From Lama guanicoe (lineage: Eukaryota): a stretch of 64,000 nt of DNA. The translations under genes were made by a program, and so were the position numbers. The notes under the pieces are model-generated. The model ran no database searches. It was not told the origin of the DNA and worked only from the letters and a program-made list of their open reading frames with translations. Shown piece by piece: positions 60,001-64,000 of this stretch. The DNA lies in the NCBI GenBank assembly GCA_013239625.1, contig MU054338.1, positions 1,242,001 through 1,306,000 on the forward strand, read 5' to 3'. Every line of letters begins with the position of its first letter. Within the stretch, counting starts at the first letter, position 1.

Positions 60001-63000
60001 GCGCAAGAGTCACAAAGCCGCAGAAACCAGAGCACCACAAGCACAGCCACGGGAGACCCCCCGTCAGAAGTGCCCAGCGCACCCGACAGTGGAATGCGGG
60101 CAGCGGGCAGGCACCTCCCCCAAGCCTGGCTCTCCGCGAATGGCGCCCCCACCTTCTCTGGGTCCTGTTCCCCCTCATCGGCAGCTTGCTCCTCTCCCTG
60201 GGGCTCCTCGTGCTCCTCCTCAGGGGCAGTGACCGAGGCCTTCACCCCGGGCTCTTCCTGCAGGGAGCCAGGTCAGGGGCTGGAAGGGCAGCTGGAGCCC
60301 AGACGAGGAGACCCGCCCTCGTTCCAGGGACACCCCTCGGGGACAAGCCTCCCTTGCTACAACAAGCATGCTGTAGCCCGTGGGCACGACTCCCAGCAGG
60401 TGAGACTGGCCAGTAGAGGGGAAAGGAGCCTGGCCTGAGACCGGCGGGCACTGACTGCGGTCCTGGCACCAGAACCCAGAGCCACCAGACTCTAGCCACT
60501 AACATGAAGCGGCTGCTCAGGGTTGCTGCCCGGCTCTGGGGGCCCAGGCTGTGCCGAGGGCCGGCCATGCAGCCAGTGCCTGGGTGAGACCTAGGGCACA
60601 GCACCAAGCTGGCCCAAACCTGGCTCGTCTTGCCAGGGTCCCCCCATATCCTTCTAGTGCGGGGGCTCAGGAGACTGGAAGGGCTGTAGGCGATGGAGGG
60701 GAAGGTGCAGGGCCAGTGGGGCACAGAGGGGGCGGCCCTGATGCCTTCGAGAAGCAGCCCTTCACAGCTGGGAAACATGCCCAGCCAAGGAGCACTGGGG
60801 TCAGCGCAGGCTGCTGCAGGCTCTTACCGAGGCCGGGGCAGCAGCAGGCGGCGTGGTGGACAGCCAGAAGTCTAGATCCTCACCCTGAAACCACAGGAAT
60901 CGGGGCTTTTGGCCAGAGCAGCAGGACAGGCCCTGCCAGGAGCAGACACTGCAGCTCTGCCAAGTGTGCAGGCAGCCGGCGGCGCCTCCAGCGCCGGGGG
61001 GGAAGCAGCAGCCCTGCTGGTACCAGGGACCAGGTGGACGCACGCTGCTACGCGGCGAAGGGACACGACCGAAGCGTGGCGCTTCTGTTAAGGCCCTTCC
61101 CTCTCACGTGTGTAACAGGCCGCGACGCAGGAGGCGGCCCCAGCAGCCCTGGCCGGCAGTGCCCGGGAGCTGTGGACAGCCCGCCCGCTGCCCGCTCACC
61201 TTCCCTGCCTCCTCCTTCTTCCCCTTCCCCCGCTCTTTCTCCCTGTGCTTCTTCTCCTTCTTTTTGGGTTTCTTGCTCTTCTTTTCCACGATGGGGACAT
61301 CCTCTTTCTCAGGGGACTTGGAGGTCTCGGCGTTTCTGTGTTTCTGGACGGGCAGCTTCTCGCTGTCAGCGAGGGGCCTGGCGGGGGGCGGGGGCGGGTC
61401 AGGAGGAGCATCCTGGGACGGGGCCTGGAGGGAGCCCCTCTGCCCCACCACAGGCCACGCTGCGCAGTGAACAGGACAGAATGCAGGCTCCGACTCAGCC
61501 CTGTGCTTACTTATCTAAGTCGATGTCCAGGGCCCTGTAGGGATCATTGGGGTCTTTGTCGTCCTCATCGCTGGGCAGGGCGTTCTGCGGGACGAGAGAA
61601 ACCCTGCATCCAGTCCGACCCACACTGCCTGCGATCCTGCCCAGCCTTATGGGCCCGCAGAGCCCCCACTCCTCACAAACGGACCACCAGATCACACCCA
61701 GCAGGGCATCTGACCTGGGGCTGGGCGCTCGGCACAGGGAGCGAGGTCAGGACACAGGACGGAGTGGGAGTGGGGGGATACCGCTTACAGCCACAGGACA
61801 GAGCTGGCCCCGGACACATAGGCAGCAGGGACCGGCAGGCCTCTGTGAGGATGGCCACAGAGCCAGAAAGCCAGTCCTCGTGGGGGTGGCCCCCTTCCTC
61901 GGTGGAGGGAGCCCTGGCAAGCGCACAGGCAGCGGCTGACCTCCGGCATCTCCTCAGTGACGATGTCCACGCGCTGGGCTGGCGCGATGTCCTCGTCGCT
62001 CTCCGTGTGCAGCGAGCTGTGGTGCCGGGTGCCCCGCCTCTCCCGCTCTCTCTTTTTCTTCCTCTTCCTGTCCTTCTCTAGCCTCTGCTGGTGCCGCCGC
62101 TCCTCCTCCAGCTTCACGTACTGGTCTGACATGGGCATCCCTGCCACCGGGCGCACACCCCAGGCTCAGCACAGAGCCACGACACGTTCTGCCCGCCAGC
62201 ACCCCACAGCCCTGGAAGCCACGCTTGGGCCGAAGGGTCATGTGGGCACCGTGCTCCAGGCCCCTGGATGTGGGCAGAGGCTTTCTGAAGGCAGTGGGGA
62301 GTGTGGGTAGAACCTGGGGAAGCCGGGTGTGCATCCCTCCCTGCTCAGATGGGGAGGTGGGACGAGGTTCAGGGAAGAGCTGGAGCACAGGCCTGAGGCT
62401 GCATCTGCACTGTGCCTGGGGCCCTGCCCCCTTGCCCTGGGCTGGTGCACACTTGCCTGGCACCTTCAGGGGCACCGAGAGGTCAATCTGCACCACGGGA
62501 ATGTGGTCCACACCTGGCGTGTCCTGGTACCGCTGGAGAGGAAACACCAAGGTGCCCATCATAAGCAGGGTGGCCGGCTCGGTGGGAAGTGCCGATGCCC
62601 CAGGGCAAGGAGTCACAACGGCGGGGCGGGGGCTGTCAGCCCAAACCAGCACAGGGCAGATGCGAGACTTCAATTGGATACCATATGGATCATCTTTTTC
62701 CCAAGTAGGAAAAGTAGTGCCCGGTGACGGCGCTCCAGCCCCCAAGACTGCCCAGCTCAGAAAAGCCAACACGCAGATCTGGGCTTCAGAGAGCAGCACC
62801 TGCCACATGGAGCCACGTCTCCCCGGGAGCCCAGTGTGGCGATGGGGACCGCTGGGCTCCCGTTGGTGGGGGGGGGTGCGGAAGAAGGTGGTGGCGTCCC
62901 CATGTGTCCACTCCCTCCAGGCCAGGGTGCCACCGCTGCAGCTCCCCCACCCTCAGGGAAGCCCACCCACGGGTGAGTGCAGGACTCGTGCCCTGGGTCT

Positions 63001-63825
63001 GGGTGTCGGGAAGCCCCTCTTGATACTACCTGTGGAACTGACCAGACAGCCCAGTGCTACCTGTGGACAGAGCGCAGACGCAACCCTGGGAGAGCACCCC
63101 TCGAGGCCGGGCGGCCGGACTCACCTTCTGGGGGGACGGGGAGCTCTTGATGTAGAATGGGTTGTTGGCCTGCTCCTGCTTCCGGGCCTCCCTGCGCTGT
63201 GGGGTGGGGTTCAGCGAGCACATAAGCAGACACACAGAACACGGGCCCTCCACGCACCAAGCTCAGGTGGGGCGGGGGTCCCTCACTGTTTTCACCGTCG
63301 CCCTTGGACCCACAGAAGGCCGGCGCAGGGCAGGTGCAGGTGTGGAGACAGGCACGAGAACCCAGGAGGTCTGAGACGGGGGTTCTGGGACAAAGGACGG
63401 GCGTGGCTGGGCAGACAGGCCCTGCGGGGACGGGGGTGGGGTTGCAGCATCTCTGCTTCTGTCCTCTGCAGAACGAGGGTGGGGAGGAGGGGCAGGCAGG
63501 TGCTGTGTGTCGCAGGCATCACAGGCCCTCAGCGCGCGGTCAGGCCCCACAGCCCTCCCTGGGAAGCTCCTGGCTCAAATGCCAGTACTCGTTTCAACCA
63601 AACCCAACCTGAGGTTGAAGGTCAACTCGGCACTGGCCGGAGGATAGCAGGACACTGAGCCCAGGCTCCCCACCAGTGCTCACCCGGGCCAGCTCCTGTT
63701 CGTCTGCCTCGGGCGGCCGCTGCTTGGCCGGTCGCTGCTCCTCATCGTGGAAGATGGCCTTGGGCACCTCGTCCTCAGACTCGCTGTCTGAAAGTGGTTC
63801 GTTGATCCAGGCATCCAGGTCAAGG
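54065..63825 (-). CDS. AP3D1: AP-3 complex subunit delta-1, C-terminal part (hinge and ear; last 16 coding exons, gene continues past the window)
   Basis: Exons 63684-63825, 63125-63196, 62457-62532, 61941-62140, 61511-61584, 61200-61377, 60828-60884, 60153-60257, 59161-59304, 58906-58953, 58427-58616, 58247-58335, 58061-58146, 57399-57520, 57214-57293, 54065-54160, all phase-consistent. Motifs LDLDAWINEPLSDSESEDE, NNPFYIKSSPSPQK, DPNDPYRALDIDLD; ends ...LLSNLLEEMKGTLAQC*. Confidence 0.97.
54620..57140 (+). mobile_element. Old, degenerate L1 (ORF1 end and ORF2 start) filling the last AP3D1 intron, antisense to the gene
   Basis: Purine/A-rich strand bias; L1-like blocks ccagaattctagacccagcaaaa, aacccatgggtcaaagaggaa, ttcagctaaagcag, accagacccagatgatttc. 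Confidence 0.7.
59640..59990 (+). mobile_element. L1M 3'UTR relic, GC-rich variant, in an AP3D1 intron
   Basis: Closely similar to the 38845 copy. Confidence 0.7.
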
Positions 63826-64000
63826 CTGCAGGACACAGTGAGGTCACACGGCGGCTCCGGCCTGTGCGCCTGGACCTGGATGCTGCCGTCCCCTTGGAGA
63901 CAAGGACATGAAGACTGGGCAGCTGCTTGAAGTCATAGCGGGCAAGGCAGACCATGGACCGTGGGGTCTGCGCCTCTCCACGTTCTCATGCTGCCCTCAA

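Noticed and set aside
59974..60010. Donor-like AAA|GTAAGC in an AP3D1 intron
   Set aside because: Flanking exons already join in frame and match the known protein order; the site abuts an L1 relic.
62225..63658. 477-aa plus-strand ORF, and similar long ORFs (17708-18721, 21026-21985, 23972-24886, 48564-49538, 60551-61540)
   Set aside because: Low-complexity G/P/R/A/W translations expected in stop-poor GC-rich DNA; no recognisable domain; most are antisense to or overlap real genes and CpG islands.

Overview
GC-rich mammalian genomic DNA with the gene order MKNK2(-), MOB3A(-), IZUMO4(+), AP3D1(-; 3' half only), which matches human 19p13.3. Short tRNA-derived SINEs suggest a camelid (inference). 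I rebuilt all coding exons by hand from splice sites and reading frame: MKNK2a 463 aa, MOB3A 217 aa, IZUMO4 218 aa, and the last 16 coding exons of AP3D1. The rest is CpG islands and old transposon relics (LTR16, MLT1, MER20, MER53, MER58, L1); repeat family names come from remembered consensus sequences, not a database search. I found no new protein-coding system. The best second-look candidates are: (1) a perfect 7-unit heat-shock element beside an orphan CpG island that carries a candidate first exon; (2) a preserved but frameshifted equivalent of human MNK2b exon 14b inside the MKNK2 3'UTR; (3) ancient repeat copies that are unexpectedly similar to each other and CpG-rich, suggesting local concerted evolution; (4) a promoter-like CCAAT cluster inside MKNK2 intron 10; (5) a GC-AG intron in AP3D1 and a run of IZUMO4 micro-exons.
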